DNA of 64,000 nucleotides, taken from contig RSEE01000009.1 in NCBI GenBank assembly GCA_003971905.1, forward strand, positions 992,001-1,056,000, read 5' to 3'. Origin of the DNA: Moniliella sp. 'wahieum'. Its lineage: Eukaryota. The notes under the pieces are model-generated. The model was given only the letters and a program-made list of their open reading frames with translations. It searched no databases and was not told the DNA's origin. This document shows, one piece after another, positions 34,952-47,922 of this stretch. Numbering within the stretch: the first letter of the stretch is position 1; each line of letters begins with the position of its first letter. Position numbers and translations under genes: made by a program.

Positions 34952-37900
34952 GCACCTTGCCTTTACCCCCGTTATGTACCGATTCTTACCATGGACTTTC
35001 TTGGTCAATCCCACGGGTCGCCTCAAGTGTGCGAGGCAGGATTTACGCTTGTCGGGCGGGGGAGGTGGGGGGGTGGAGTAGCTCGTTGCTGTACGTTGTT
35101 TGTGGATGGGTAGGCTAGGTCTGTTCATTACCACTGGGACGGCCAAATGTATGGGGCCAACATGGTTTTGATGTTCCAATGTCGCGTAGGTTAGGTCCCC
35201 TACAAGCTGCCACCCTGGTATGAGATCTCCAGACAACACGCCCCCGCTGCATGACCCCACGCTCCCTTGAGGCATTGGGTCGCTCGACTATTGCTTATCG
35301 ACTCACGCCTAATCGTCGTCCATCCGCTGACGTTGCACCGAGCCGGACAGGAAACTAGTGGCTAACGAGTCCAGGCAGGTCGTATCGTGTCGGCCCTAAC
35401 AGCTCCGACAATAGTGGGTCCGAGGCGTACGATGCAATCCATAGGCTCTAACCGAAGACTAGGTGCCATTTCTGCCACCCCCCACCCCATCTCCCTCCTC
35501 TTCTGATGCTCATCATCCTACCAGCTGGACGCCTTGTCCACAACCCTTCTCATCTCACTAGGCCAATGCGAATAGTTATCCGCATCCTCGCCACCTTGAG
35601 CCTGAGCCTCAGGCCTCAACGTCTTTGTTGTCTCATCGTGCTCACTAATCACCGCTCTGGCGGCCCGGGACATATCTGTGTGCATAACACGATCCGGTGT
35701 AGCAGAGGGCATACCGTACCGCTCTCTCGCCCACCTATATACAAACAATCGTTAATCATTTGCCACCAGTGTACCTCCTCTTCCAAATGCGTACACGATT
35801 CGCATCTGCCTGCCGGAAGACGGGGCAGAGATATCTAGTCCCAATTCGGCTGGATGATCGCGTGACATGCATGTGACATGTGGCATGTGCATGTGCATGT
35901 GACTGCGAATTAGTGCTTGCGTTGTGTACATGTAATAAGCGTTTGTTTGCGGTTTTGTGTTGAGATTTTCGCGAATGCCACAAGAACACCGCAGGGACTA
36001 GGGAGGGAGGGTGTTGCAACCCCACGAGGTATACTAGTGCGCACGCAGCACACTGCTCCCGTATTTGGTTCTCTGCGACGCTGTTGCATCGAGTCTGCTG
36101 GACACCTCCGACCTCACCGGCCTCACCTCATACTATTAGTCACTACTTCTAAAAGCCAATCGATGCGCGGAGGGGGGCAAGCAGCCAACATACCATTCAC
36201 AACGCAGAACAGTTGCCGGTGGCCAATCCACCCTAGTTCTCGTCGCCAATTCCCCCCCCCGACCCCTTGCTGAAAGAGTAATGGAATGGAGGATGTGATT
36301 CTGAGGCAGGAGGTTATGAGAAGGACAGGGCCTTATATGGCCGAGGGTACCGCGGAGCACACAGGGAGGAGCGTCCGTGCGGATAAGGGGGGTGATGCCT
36401 ATCACGCAGGATGGCGTGTTTATTGGGGCATCGCCCCAATACCCCTCTTCAGCCCCGGGGCCAAAGCGTGTCCTTTCGCCCACCTCTGGAAACTTGAGGA
36501 GGAGGAAGAGGATCAGCAGCAGACCCACTCCCGTCCAACGGAAGGGCGTCCGACCTCGCCCTCCCCCCCCGTCGGGCCCAAACGCTGCCCAACCCGAATG
36601 GAAAAGACAAAGCTCATATACATAGGGCTACTTTGCACCTCCGGCGGGCGGGGATACGAGAAGGCTCTCAGGAGGAGAGCGGGAGCGTGCGGCCACCTCT
36701 AAAGGAGACATTGACATGATCGCCGGTTTCAAGAAAATCTGGCGGTCATTTATGCATTATGGCCAAGGCCACTTCCAAGTGACACCATGTGTGATGCGCG
36801 TGTGAAGTTTTGCTGATGTGGCGTTTCCGACTCTATGATAACTTGGATTCGCCACCGCCTTCGCAATTTGATCTCCATCGACCACCATTCCATTTGCTGT
36901 TCTTTGAGCTCCTCCTGGGCGTTAATAAAATCCACAACAATTCGGGCCCAAAGAGTGGGACGGTAACGCGTAACGCTTCTCGTTTGAATCGTCAGAAGGA
37001 TGGGACAGAGAGAGGTGAAGCTTGAGGGAGGAATAATCTGAGGATGCCGATCAATCTCTTCGCTCCCCAGTGCGCCTGATCGGCGTTGAGCGTTGAGCGC
37101 TCAGCTCGATGTTGGGCTTTTTGGGCTAGTCTGTTGTTAAAACCAGTCTTTGTGTTCTGACTAACCATGGCGGAGGAAGAGGACGAGGAGGCGGATGACA
37201 CAACAAACAATAGATCATGTCATCAAGACCCGCCGCTGCCTTGACTCCACCTTCATCGACACACACGCGGCCCCACGCTGGCCGAGGAAGGGGTGGACGA
37301 GGCTGCCTCGGCAAAAAGCAATGATTCATCATGACCCCATACCGGCACTACCCATCACTCCGAGGCCTGAACTTGGAACTTCCGCCCGGAGTCATGTTCG
37401 AACCAAACGGTGGGGGCCGGTTCGTATGAACAAGAACGAAGTCAAGCTTCAAGAGCTTCAAGCTTCAATTAAGCTTCAAGGGCGCCTCTTCCCCCTCCCC
37501 GCCCATGGCACAGGATGCGCTCAAGCCCGAGGCCTGGTGGGTCTGATGCATGACGCAGCCATGCCAGCAGATGTCACATGTCAGATGTCAATATCAATAT
37601 CGTCACTTGTCACATGTCACACGTCACACGTCACACGTCACCCATGAATGGGGAGCATGGGGAGCATGATGCATGACTAGTATTAGCTAGTAGCAGGCAG
37701 TTGCAGGCAGTGACCCACACAGCTGTTCGGCCTTCGGTGCCTTGCCCCTTGCTGGCCATCATGCATCAGCCGATGGCCCAGCGACACCGACATGGCTTGG
37801 GCGGGTCAAACGTTAATGAATCTCCGTTTTCCCGCCTCCCACACTCATCGCAGATCTCATCAAACATGCTCGATGATCGATGATCGATGATTCGATCATG

Positions 37901-38029
37901 GATCCCTGGCCGTTATGGGTGCAGCCGGGTAGTGCAGCAACAGATGCATCGGCTGGACTACCCACTTGTCAAGCTACGTGCTTCAAGCTAGCTTCGAGTT
38001 GAACGTGTACTGAACGTAATCTCTACTCC

Positions 38030-38191
38030 TGTCGGCCTCGCTACTACCACAGAATGTGAGCACTGAACGTCGTATTTGACTAAGAAGCTTCTGCGACTGA
38101 CTCGTCCAGAAGACTGGTGCGAGCTCGGAGGAGGAATGAAAGCTGACTCACGTGACTCAGGGTCCGCGCGGTCCTAGGACGGATGTCAACA
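38030..38191 (-). repeat. 3' LTR of copia copy 2
   Basis: TG...CA, matches the other LTRs. Confidence 0.96.
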
Positions 38192-41100
38192 CCCCGCTGA
38201 CCGGAGGGCCCAGTCATGTGGACTGGATCCATCTCCTCGACGCGGAGTTGAGCAAGATGGCTTGTCAGGGCGGGACGGCCGAGAGGCTTGGTGAGGACGT
38301 CCGCTGGGTTCCTTTCGCCGGGGATGTGTACAAGTATGGCCTCGCCCGAGTCCACGTGTTGCCGTACATTGTGGTACCGGATCTTCAGCTCTCGGAGCTT
38401 GCCGGTGCTGCCAAATTTGTGGGCGAGATCGACGACAGACTTATTGTCGCAATACCAATGAATGGGTGTACCCTCGCGATGGCCCCAAGCTCGATCATGA
38501 TGTTCTTGACATAGTTGGCGTCAACCAGTCCATCATATCCTGCCGTATATTCGGCGGCGGCGGTACTGGTAACGCTCTTCGGCTGAAGAATGGATCGCCA
38601 CGACACCGGCACACCGTACACCATCAGTAGGCATCCAGATGTGGAGCGTGCCTGGATGGGATCTCCCGCCAAGTCGGAATCTGTATACAGCGCAATGGCC
38701 GGTGCATCTGATGTTGGGGTCAACCTCAGGCCCTTTCCTCGAGTATGGTACAGGTAGCGAAGGAAGTCATCGACTGCTTGATGATGCTGCTGCGATGGGT
38801 CGGCAGCGGCTCTGCTGAGGGCCGTGATAGCGAAGAGGGAGTCAGGCCGGCCCATTCGTGCAGCCCACAGTCCCGATCCGATCTTCCCCTGATATGCCTT
38901 GCGCAAGGCTGGGAGGGATGGGGGTTCAGGGTCGGACGGGGCGGTAACGTACGGGATGGGAGAGTCCGGATCCACGGGGCTTTGATGTGGTGCTTTGCCA
39001 CCACTTCCTCGATGAACTTGGTTGGCTCAGGTACAGCCCCACCGATCCGATCGTATTGGCATCCCAGGTGGTAGTGAAGGGGACCGTTACCACGAACATC
39101 AATGTGTGTGTTTATCTCGGCCATAAACTCTCGTACTTTTGGTGTGACTGCATGCGAGGAGCAGATCGTCGGTGGACCGCCAGGAGGATCTGCTCACCGG
39201 TGGTGCAGCGCGCACGAACAAGCAGGGCTCGGTCAAGCTTTGCGTGAAGCCGATGTCACGCAGCAGGCGGATGTATCGTGCCAGTTTGCTCGCTCTGATG
39301 TAGCCCGTATAGACTCTTCTTGAGACGCCACACGCGACCACCCGCTTCGGGGAAGTAGGGGGGGGGGAGGTGTGTAGACTGCTTCTTCGAGGGGGGCGTT
39401 CAGGTAGCTGCATTGACGTCCGCCGAGAAGAGGCCAAACTTAATCTCGGCCAGCACGACGAGGGTCAGGATGGCAGGTGTGCGCACCGATGGTGCGAACG
39501 TCTGGCCCAAGTCTCGGACGATTGTTGGTGTCCGCCCGCGACAAAGCGCGCGCGGTGGCGCAGGAACCGGCCCTCGGCGTCCGTCTTTGTGGTGATGCGC
39601 CATAGTCCTATGAGGATTTGTGCACCCGGTGGTGGGTACGTAGCCTCGTAGGTGCCGTATCGCGCGAGTGTGGCCACCTCGTCGGCCATAGCCTGCTTGA
39701 CCATGGCAAAGGAGGGGTGAGTCTCGAGACCCTTGAGCGTCTTGGGAGCGAGGGGTACGCCATCCTTGGTGAGCTGAACCGTGTCCGGGTGGATGGGTGC
39801 GCTGAGAGCAGTCATGGCGGCGTATTCGGGAGGTTGAACTGTGTCGGCAAAGGGGGGGCGGATGTGTCAGGTAGGGGGCGGGCGATGCCGATCTCTGGTG
39901 CGGCGCAGTGGGGCGTGGCGGCTGCAGCACGAGCATGGTAGGTCGTGTCGGTGGGGTCGTCAGCGATTGGGAGTGTGTGCAGGTCGAGGGAGGTGCGGGT
40001 GGTGGCAGGCGGAGGGAGGGGGGTGGGGGGGGGTGGTAGCGGCGCGGAGGGGGGGTGGTGGTGGGAGCGGGTGTCTGGGGTGTGGCGGCGGTCGGGGCAT
40101 GGGTGCGCCGCGGCTGGCGGAGTAGGGTTAGCGTCTTTTTCACTGTCGATTTTAATTTGAGGTGATTTGGAGATGTCGGGTGGGAAGTGGTCGGGGTGGA
40201 GATGGGGGTAGATGGCGTTGCCCCATTTGTACGGTTTCGACCAGCGGTAGGTGAAGGTACCCAGGGATGGTTGGTATGTGGCGAAGAGCCATCCCTTTGA
40301 TCCGCGCTGATGGTGGTATCCTACCAGCATACCTTCCTCTGCCCGCGCGCTGAGCTTGTGCTCGCGGCGTGACTCGGGCAGATGGAGGTATGCAACGCGG
40401 CCAAAGGGTTGCATCGGTAACGAGTATGCGTGGCCTTTGTATCGCTCAAATCGCGATTTGTTGTCTTCCCCGGATGTTTTGAGTGGCATTTGGTTTTGGG
40501 TGAAGCACGCAGCGTGGAGGCTGTGTTCCCACCAGTCCGACGTCGGAAGACCTGTACCCAAGAGCAACTGCCTTGCACGAGTCGTTATGGTTCGGATGGC
40601 ACGCTCAGCCACACCGTTGCTAGCACTCTGCCCCGGGATTGTCCGTTCTGACGTGATGCCTTGCTCGTCCAGAAAAGGTTGCAGTGCGCTTGTCAATTCG
40701 GGGGCGTTGTCCGTGCGCAAAGTCCGCAGCAGTCTGTCCGGGCCGTAGCGTTGCTCCCGCAATATGAGGTTCCGCAGTTCCTTCGTTGCAGCGCCCTTTG
40801 TCGGGATCGCTGTGGTGAAGACGTACCGCGTGAAGTCATCAACGGCGACGAGGGCGTATCCGTGCCCCATGCCGGTTACCCGGGGGAGGTCTACTACGTC
40901 GACGTGGAGGACCTCGAAAGGTCTTTTGGATCGGAGGCGGTCCCGGCTCGGATGGGGCGATGCTGTCGCTAGTGCCACCGCGCATGTTGGGCAATCCCAC
41001 TCTGAACGACAGAGGGAGATATGCTTGGCTGTGACGCGGAGGCCTGCGGTTTCCGATCGTGTAAGCCAGGGGAGGAGGTCGATGGCTGCGTGGTTCCAGC

Positions 41101-41613
41101 GTTTGTGGGCTTTAGAGACGTGGTCCAGGGCCAGGGATGCTGCGAGGGAGTTTGGGGTTGAGGGGGGTCGGCCGGTTTGATCGGTTTGGTCGCCATGGCC
41201 CGCAGGGGTGTGGGTGGCGTTCGCGGGTTGTGTAAGATCGTGAATTGATAGTCACTGCCGGTTACTTTTCGTAGGGTGGATCCTGGGTTACCAAGCCAGA
41301 TACCCTTCTGGTGTGGGGCGAAGTATGATGCGATTCCGGTGTTCGACAGGTGTGCTACACTGACGAGATTTCGGCTGAAACGGGGCATGTATAGGCTGTT
41401 GGGGAGTTTTATCTCCATTTGGTGTCCTCCTAAGCATCGGATACGGATTGTGGCCGTGCCTCGTCCTTCCGCCTTTACATGTGTCCCGTTAGCAACCTCT
41501 ATCTCGTCGTCGCAAGGGGTCATGGATGTGAAGACGGATTTGTCTTTCCAAATGGATGGGAATGCCCCACTGTCATATAATGCCCGGATGATTCGCATTT
41601 CGCCCCCGAGTTC
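38080..41613 (-). CDS. pol: copia pol, copy 2; frameshifted
   Basis: Same PR/IN/RT/RH motifs as copy 1, in ORFs 40969..41598, 39812..40978, 39465..39815, 38385..38975 and 38080..38355. Confidence 0.92.
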
Positions 41614-42860
41614 CTAGTAGTCAGCTGTGCCCGCATCAACGTCAATCACTTCAGACTCGGGAGAGCTCGCTCTCTGAGCGACGTGAGCGTTGGCTCGGCC
41701 TGGGTTGCGCGGAGGGACAACAGGTTTATTAGACGTCGCGCTGCGCCAGGGTTGGTTGGTGCGGTCTTGCCCCTTGGTCTTTGTGTCCGCGAGGTTGTCG
41801 TCGCCGGCTTTGCCCCCGCTGGAGTTTTTTCCCCCGCTGGTGGGTCGTCCCCCGCTGTCGGGTCGAGTCCAAGGCGTTCCTCCGTTGACCGGCTTGCCTC
41901 CGTTTCTCTTCCTTTCTCCACCGGGATACGTGGCGGCTGGTATGTCCATCACGGCCTGCCGTAACTTGTCTAGACTCGAGCGCTCTTCACGCTGGCGAAT
42001 GCTCATGTCGCGTAAGCCGAGTAGGATCCCAGTGCGTTCCTGCTCTTCCGTAAGTGGGATGCCCGCTCGCGTCAGGCTTGCACTGATCTCTTCCATGTAG
42101 TCGAGGTAGTCTCGACCCGATCGGTTTCCTTGGTCGGCCGAAAAGTAGCGAATGAGTAGAGGCCCTCTGTTTGCGGTAGGCGTATATCCATACCGCTGAC
42201 GCAGCATGTTCAGCGTGTCCTGGGTGCATGATATTTCGTGGTGGGTGCGGATCGTCCGGAAGAGGGTTGACGGCATGGCTTCCCTAAGAAGGTTGTGCAA
42301 GCGTCTGTCGAGGTCCTCGGTGAAGTAGCGGGAGCTGCGACCATTCTGGACGACGTCGCTTGCGTGGGGGTGGGCATCTGTTATCGCGAAGAGAAATTCG
42401 TCTTCCCAAGCGCTGTAGGCGGACGGGTCTTTGTTCAGATCAGGCCACTTGATATTCTTGGTGGGAGACTCGCGTAGTGATCTGTAAAGGTCGTACTCGG
42501 GTCGCGAGGCTGCGCCTGTAGGTGCCCCCAAAGTTGCGTTGGGTTGAGTTTCCATTTGGTGGAGTTTTGCACCACAAAATTCGTAGCCCGTCGAACCCAG
42601 TTTGTCGTGATAGACGTAGGTTCGTCCTTCCATCCAAGCCACTCGGCTCTGTCGTGTATAGCTCTGTTGATCTTCTCTTTAACGACATCGATGTCGTTCG
42701 TCTTCTTGAACCACAGGTGCGCTTCGGCGCAAAGCATCATGAGTTCCTCGTTGTCGGTGCCAATCGGTGGCGGATCGCGACCGGTTGGTGTCCAGTAATC
42801 GCGCTTGTTCACCATTGTGGTGTCGCTGACCGAGAGATCGGTGTTAGCGTTGGCGCCCAT
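41614..42860 (-). CDS. gag: copia gag, copy 2 (one apparent 1-bp deletion near 42562)
   Basis: ORFs 42435..42860 and 41614..42642 join to give the copy 1 Gag sequence. Confidence 0.9.
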
Positions 42861-42912
42861 GGTGTGGGTGTAGTTTGGCCAGCTCAGGGATGAGCAGATA
42901 AGGATGTAACTC

Positions 42913-43070
42913 TGTCGGCCTCGCTACTACCACAGAATGTGAGCACTGAACGTCGTATTGACTAAGAAGCTTCTGCGACTGACTCGTCCAGAAGACTGGT
43001 GCGAGCTCGGAAGGAATGAAAGCTGACTCACGGACTCAGGGTCCGCGCGGTCCTAGGACGGATGTCAACA
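42913..43070 (-). repeat. 5' LTR of copia copy 2
   Basis: TG...CA, followed on the + strand by TSD ACTCC. Confidence 0.96.
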
Positions 43071-43908
43071 ACTCCATATTCAATCTCTACTCCATATTAA
43101 AATGGGAAACGCCCTGTGCACTTTTTATATAAGCCTCACGTAAGCCACCGGGGGCGCAGCCAGCCACGCCAGCCAGCGCGTATCGGTGATATTATGTGGG
43201 TTCCAGGGTGGAATGGTGAACAGGGGGAACGGTGGCTAAGGTGGCGACACAGCACCAGCCCCAGCTGACCGGGCCGTAGCCCCGGTGGTCCTCGTATATC
43301 TCAACAGTGACTGTGCAAGCGATCGTTGAACGTTGAACGTTGAACGTAGTCAAGACGAACAAAATATCGCCCATGCACGAAGGATTATGCAGATGCATTA
43401 TGATCGGACGTATTGTGGGCTCGAGTCGATGACTGCCACGTTCATCGAGGCCACCAAGACCCCGTCACAGTATAATAGGGGTGTGACGTGTGACAGAGAT
43501 CCGGGACTGTTGTAGAGATCACTCGATCTGAGTGCAACAGCAGGCAACAGATGAAGATCTCCCAACAGTAGTGAGCTATAGGACACATAGGACAGTCACT
43601 AGTCATGACCGATGAGATCGATGATCGATTGCCGATTTCGATTAATACGCGTTACATGTTACGACCAGAATGACCGCGATGCCGGATAACCTCACATGCG
43701 TGTACTCCAAACTCCTATAATAAGATGCTCTTACTGCGACAGTATCTGGGCCAAAGGACGGTGACCATTGTGGATCGGTAACGCCGGTCGTTAATAGCAC
43801 AAGTTCAACGTCCACAAGCAGAGAGTGCGCACCTGGATACCACTCCTATAGTCGTTACCACCATCTTCTTCAGTTTTCGCCTTGACCATCCAAACCCGGG
43901 ACGATTAC

Positions 43909-45351
43909 ATGTCCATCTGCTCCCATACGACCATGGAGAACAAAGAGATAATCAGAACAAGCCCACCCCTCTCTCCCGTTGCTCCTGAACAGCGAGGTGA
44001 GGCAGACTTTTTCAACTTGGAAGACCTCCTTCCAAGTTCCTGTTCAACCACCCCTGCAGCAACATCCGCATCCACACCCAGCTTCTACAACTCTACGCCT
44101 GCTACCTCGACTGCCCGCTGGGTTTCTCCGGTGTGCCATGACGCTGGGTGCCTAGCTGACGAGGGGTCAGAGGCGCGCGCGGTTCCCTATTCTCCTCACT
44201 GGGGAATAACCGCAGCATACATGGGCAGCGCTTCCAAGCAGCCCAACTCATCTACTCTTGTTAACACAAACCCCTCCAACGAGCAACCTTCTTCCGGCAC
44301 ACCGTTTGAATCTTTTTCTGATCGGCCTATCCAGCCTCCCCCTTTTCCCTCACAGTCTACCCCAGACGTATTGGGTCTGCCGACCCCGCCTAGTCAGAAC
44401 CAAGCACCAGATTCTGAGTCTTCTTCAATTCTCTTTTCGTCGCCAACCGTCCCGTCCAAAGATTCAGTTGGTTCGTATACTCCGAGCACCCCTGCCAATG
44501 TATTCGGACTTGGTCTCGATTGGCTAAATTTGGCTCCAACACCCATCAAGGATGGATCACAAGACTCATTGGCCGTCCATCCTACTAGTACACTTATGGT
44601 ATGTGCGGGATCTGACGCTTTGGGGGGGAGTGTCTAGATACTTATGTTCTTTTTCATTTTTTGTTAACGCAGGGATGGAAGGATGACCTAGGTGCTGTAC
44701 CTCCGAGTTCTTATGTCGACGCACTCTTGGAAAAATGTGTTCCCTCCTAACGGTGTACCAGAGATGGCAGCACCACCATCTTCTCCGAATCCCACCTTAC
44801 CTACTCCGCCCACCGACCCTGCGGTATCTGCGCTCATACCAGATCTGGCGGGTTCAACTTCTATGTGGCCATTCCTTATAAACCTGTCATCCTTACCTTG
44901 CGGGCAGGAGAGATGTCGGTCGTCTGAGGAAACATCAGGAAAGGCACAGCGCTCTCACTCAGCTACATCCAGGCCGGCTGCCCCAAGAGTTCCTCCTGGA
45001 CCCCGCGCGTTGGGTGCAAAGAAGGTGAGCAAAACTGCCACTCGCAAGCACCCTTGTTCATCCCGGCCGAAGCCAGTGAACAAGTCACAGCAGCAGCAGC
45101 AGGAGCGGCCCATTCACTTTCCCTGCAGAGACTGTGGCAAGGTATTTCAACGCAAGTACAATTTGCTAGCCCACGAAGTCATGCACGATCCCACGCATCC
45201 CCGTCCGTTTGTTTGCCCCCAGGACAAATGCCGGAAGAGCTTTGCGCGAAAATACGATGCTTGTCGACACTACCGTCAAATCCATTGTCTTCACCAAGGT
45301 TCGCCCCCCGAATGGGTCGACCGCATTGTCGATACTCGCCGGGTTCCCTAA
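43909..45351 (+). CDS. C2H2 zinc-finger transcription factor (two C-terminal fingers)
   Basis: S/P/T-rich N-terminus, intron 44599-44672 (GTATGT..TTAAC..CAG), then FPCRDCGKVFQRKYNLLAHEVMH-DPTHPRPF-VCPQDKCRKSFARKYDACRHYRQIH. The start could be 43909 or 43933. Confidence 0.88.
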
Positions 45352-47922
45352 ACCGCGCCCGTACGCGGTATTGAGTTAATATGCCTTCTTCGGACTGGAT
45401 TATGCTCTTATGAAGGTACTGCTGGGCACGAGTGTTGCGTATTGTTGACCTCGATATATCAAAATGCCTACGTACCAGTCTCGATCTGGTACTCTGTCGC
45501 TTGTGCGTGGATCCCACATGGCCTCCTATCCCCCTCGTATTGTCTTGCCACAGCGTGTGAAGAACGATATGGGTGGGGAATCTGCGGGCGCGATGTCGAT
45601 GAGCCGACGTCAAACATGCGAGAGCTGTTGTCCACAAATGTTGGTTCGAACTCACATTACCCCCCCCCCCATCAAATCCCTACTTGTTATCTACACAATT
45701 CCTCCATTGCTCGAGAGGCGTCACTGGGTCTTTACTATTCTCTTTCGTATCATGTTGTGGAGCTTGTATAGATGCGATGGGGCTTAGACTCCGGTTGCAC
45801 GGATGTAGACGTCCTTTGGCCTCGCTAGATGGACTATGGATTTTTGGGCGAATCCCTATATCTTCTGCGAGACGCTGTGTGTCAGATGATGGCAATCCTG
45901 TGGTAAGTATAGTAGTGTTCAATAGAAGGGAGGTACTACATTCCTCCCACACACAAATCGGCGTGAGGTCGGACGCCTTCAACCCCCCAAACCCCTGTAT
46001 TTTGGTTCGAATAGGATTGCATCCTTGGGTACGTGCTCTCATATGGCGGCCGACATACATTCCATGCCGGGATGCCGGAGCGTTCTGCCAATCACGCCTC
46101 TTCATATGTCTCCAGGCCTCAAGTTGCATTCGATGCATAATGGGAGTGGCGGAGGCATTCCAGTGAAAGTGCTAGGGGTGTTTTAAGGCTATTGTGCACC
46201 CCCTTTTTCTTTTCTCTCTCGCTCCATTTCCCTTTTCTGTCTCCTGTCTCCTTCCTTCAGACGTTGCTCGAAGACTTGGGGCTCACCACTTTGCTTTCAC
46301 TCTTTGTTTATAAGCTGCTTTGCAGCGGATCGCGTAGGATCCCCGGGTGCTCTTCAAGTCGGGCTCGATAGCAGACTTGGAGTTACTATAGTAGACGTCA
46401 CGACGAGAAAAGAAAGAATATACGCGCTACGCCATGATATAGACGTGCCGACAACCCACAATCCACACGCCAGGTTCGCGATTGTTGGCACCCACAGGCA
46501 CAACGCAGGTGACAAGGGGGTGGCAGACTGTGACAGTGACGAATGGCAGAGACAAAGGCAATCCGTCGGACGTCAGATCTCAGAATACGAGATCTGAGAA
46601 TGGAAGGAACAGTGCCGACGGCATGGCTAGTGCGTTCGGCCGAACAATAGATGTAGCTGAAACGTTCAAAGCATGACCCGAAGTGCATCGAGCATCGTGC
46701 ATCGATTGCCACCCCTGGATCCACTATCGATCATTTCGATCGCTGAGTACTGACAGGGAAACATTTGAAGTTGGAGCTCCAACTTGAAATTGAAACCTCG
46801 AAGCTTGAAGGAGAGGAGTGTCAGGGAGCGGCTGCGGGTTTTCTACAGGTGACCTCACCGGTCACCATGACCGGTGAAGCCGGTGGAACTTGAAGCTTGA
46901 AGCTTGAAGCCGGTGAAGAGATGCGGCCCCGGCGACATGTCACTGTGACAGGTGACAGTCACATGTGACAAGCGACAGATGACATGGACATGGCGAGCGG
47001 CCAGAGAGTGGAGCGGAATGGGATCTGGCCAGGGGCGGAGGCAGGCCGCAGGGGGGCGGAGCGAATTTGTGGACCTGCACCATGCAGTGCGTGCTGGCAG
47101 CCGGGCGGCGCTTGGCGCGGCGGCAGAACGGCGGCCAAGCACGTGGCCGCCTGCGTACCACTGCACTCCCACATGGTCCCGACCATGTGGCTCGGGTTGC
47201 ACTGCCGCTGTGCGCCACCGCTCCGCTTGATAAGTGGGAGCGATTACCGCTCACCCGTCCCTCACCCGTCACCCCCTTGCCTGCCTGTGCGGGGGAGCAG
47301 CGCAGTACGCCAGCGGCGGCACTTGCTCAGGAACGGTGTCCGAATGGGGGAGTGGACGACCGGCATGCTGGCGCCGTGCCACACTCTGTGCGAGGTTCGG
47401 TATATTCAGCCGAGATCGGGGCGCAGCAGCTGCGCAGTTGCTGTTTCTGCCCACGCGTGTGCTGGGCGCAGGCAGGCGCAAGCAGGCGCTGGCCGGCACT
47501 GGGTACTGGCGGCACACCCCTTGGGCTGCACGGGGCAACCATGCGTACGCACATCCACATGCTCCAGCAGCATGTGCTCTGCTGTGCTGTGCGCTCCCGT
47601 GCCTGGCCCCCGCCTGCCAGGGGGCGCATGCACACATGGCGCATGGCGGGTGATGCATGATGCATGATACCCAGCCGAGTGAGAGTACTCCCACCTGAGT
47701 ACGCGGCTACTCAGTGTCTGTCCGGTCAGCAGTGGCACGCTCACTCGTCAAACCTTTCGGCTTGGCTTGCTTGGCTCGTCTCCACCTCTCCTGTTCCCTC
47801 CCCTTCCTCCTCCTCCTTTCCTTTCCCCTTCCCCTTCTCCTCCCTCGACATCCCCGGCCGACTGGTACGGCTCGGCGGCATCCTCTCCTCCGCTCCCGTC
47901 CTCTGCCGTTTCCGCCGCCGCC

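Larger units (their letters stand above)
38030..43070 (-). mobile_element. Full-length Ty1/copia LTR retrotransposon, copy 2 (5041 bp), same family as copy 1
   Basis: LTRs at 38030-38191 and 42913-43070. TSD ACTCC (38025-38029 and 43071-43075). Internal region essentially identical to copy 1 over gag-PR-IN. Confidence 0.97.

Noticed and set aside
36280..37210. Short ORFs 36286..36702 (+), 36750..36935 (-) and 36992..37210 (-) as genes
   Set aside because: No domain, splice or codon evidence that I can support.
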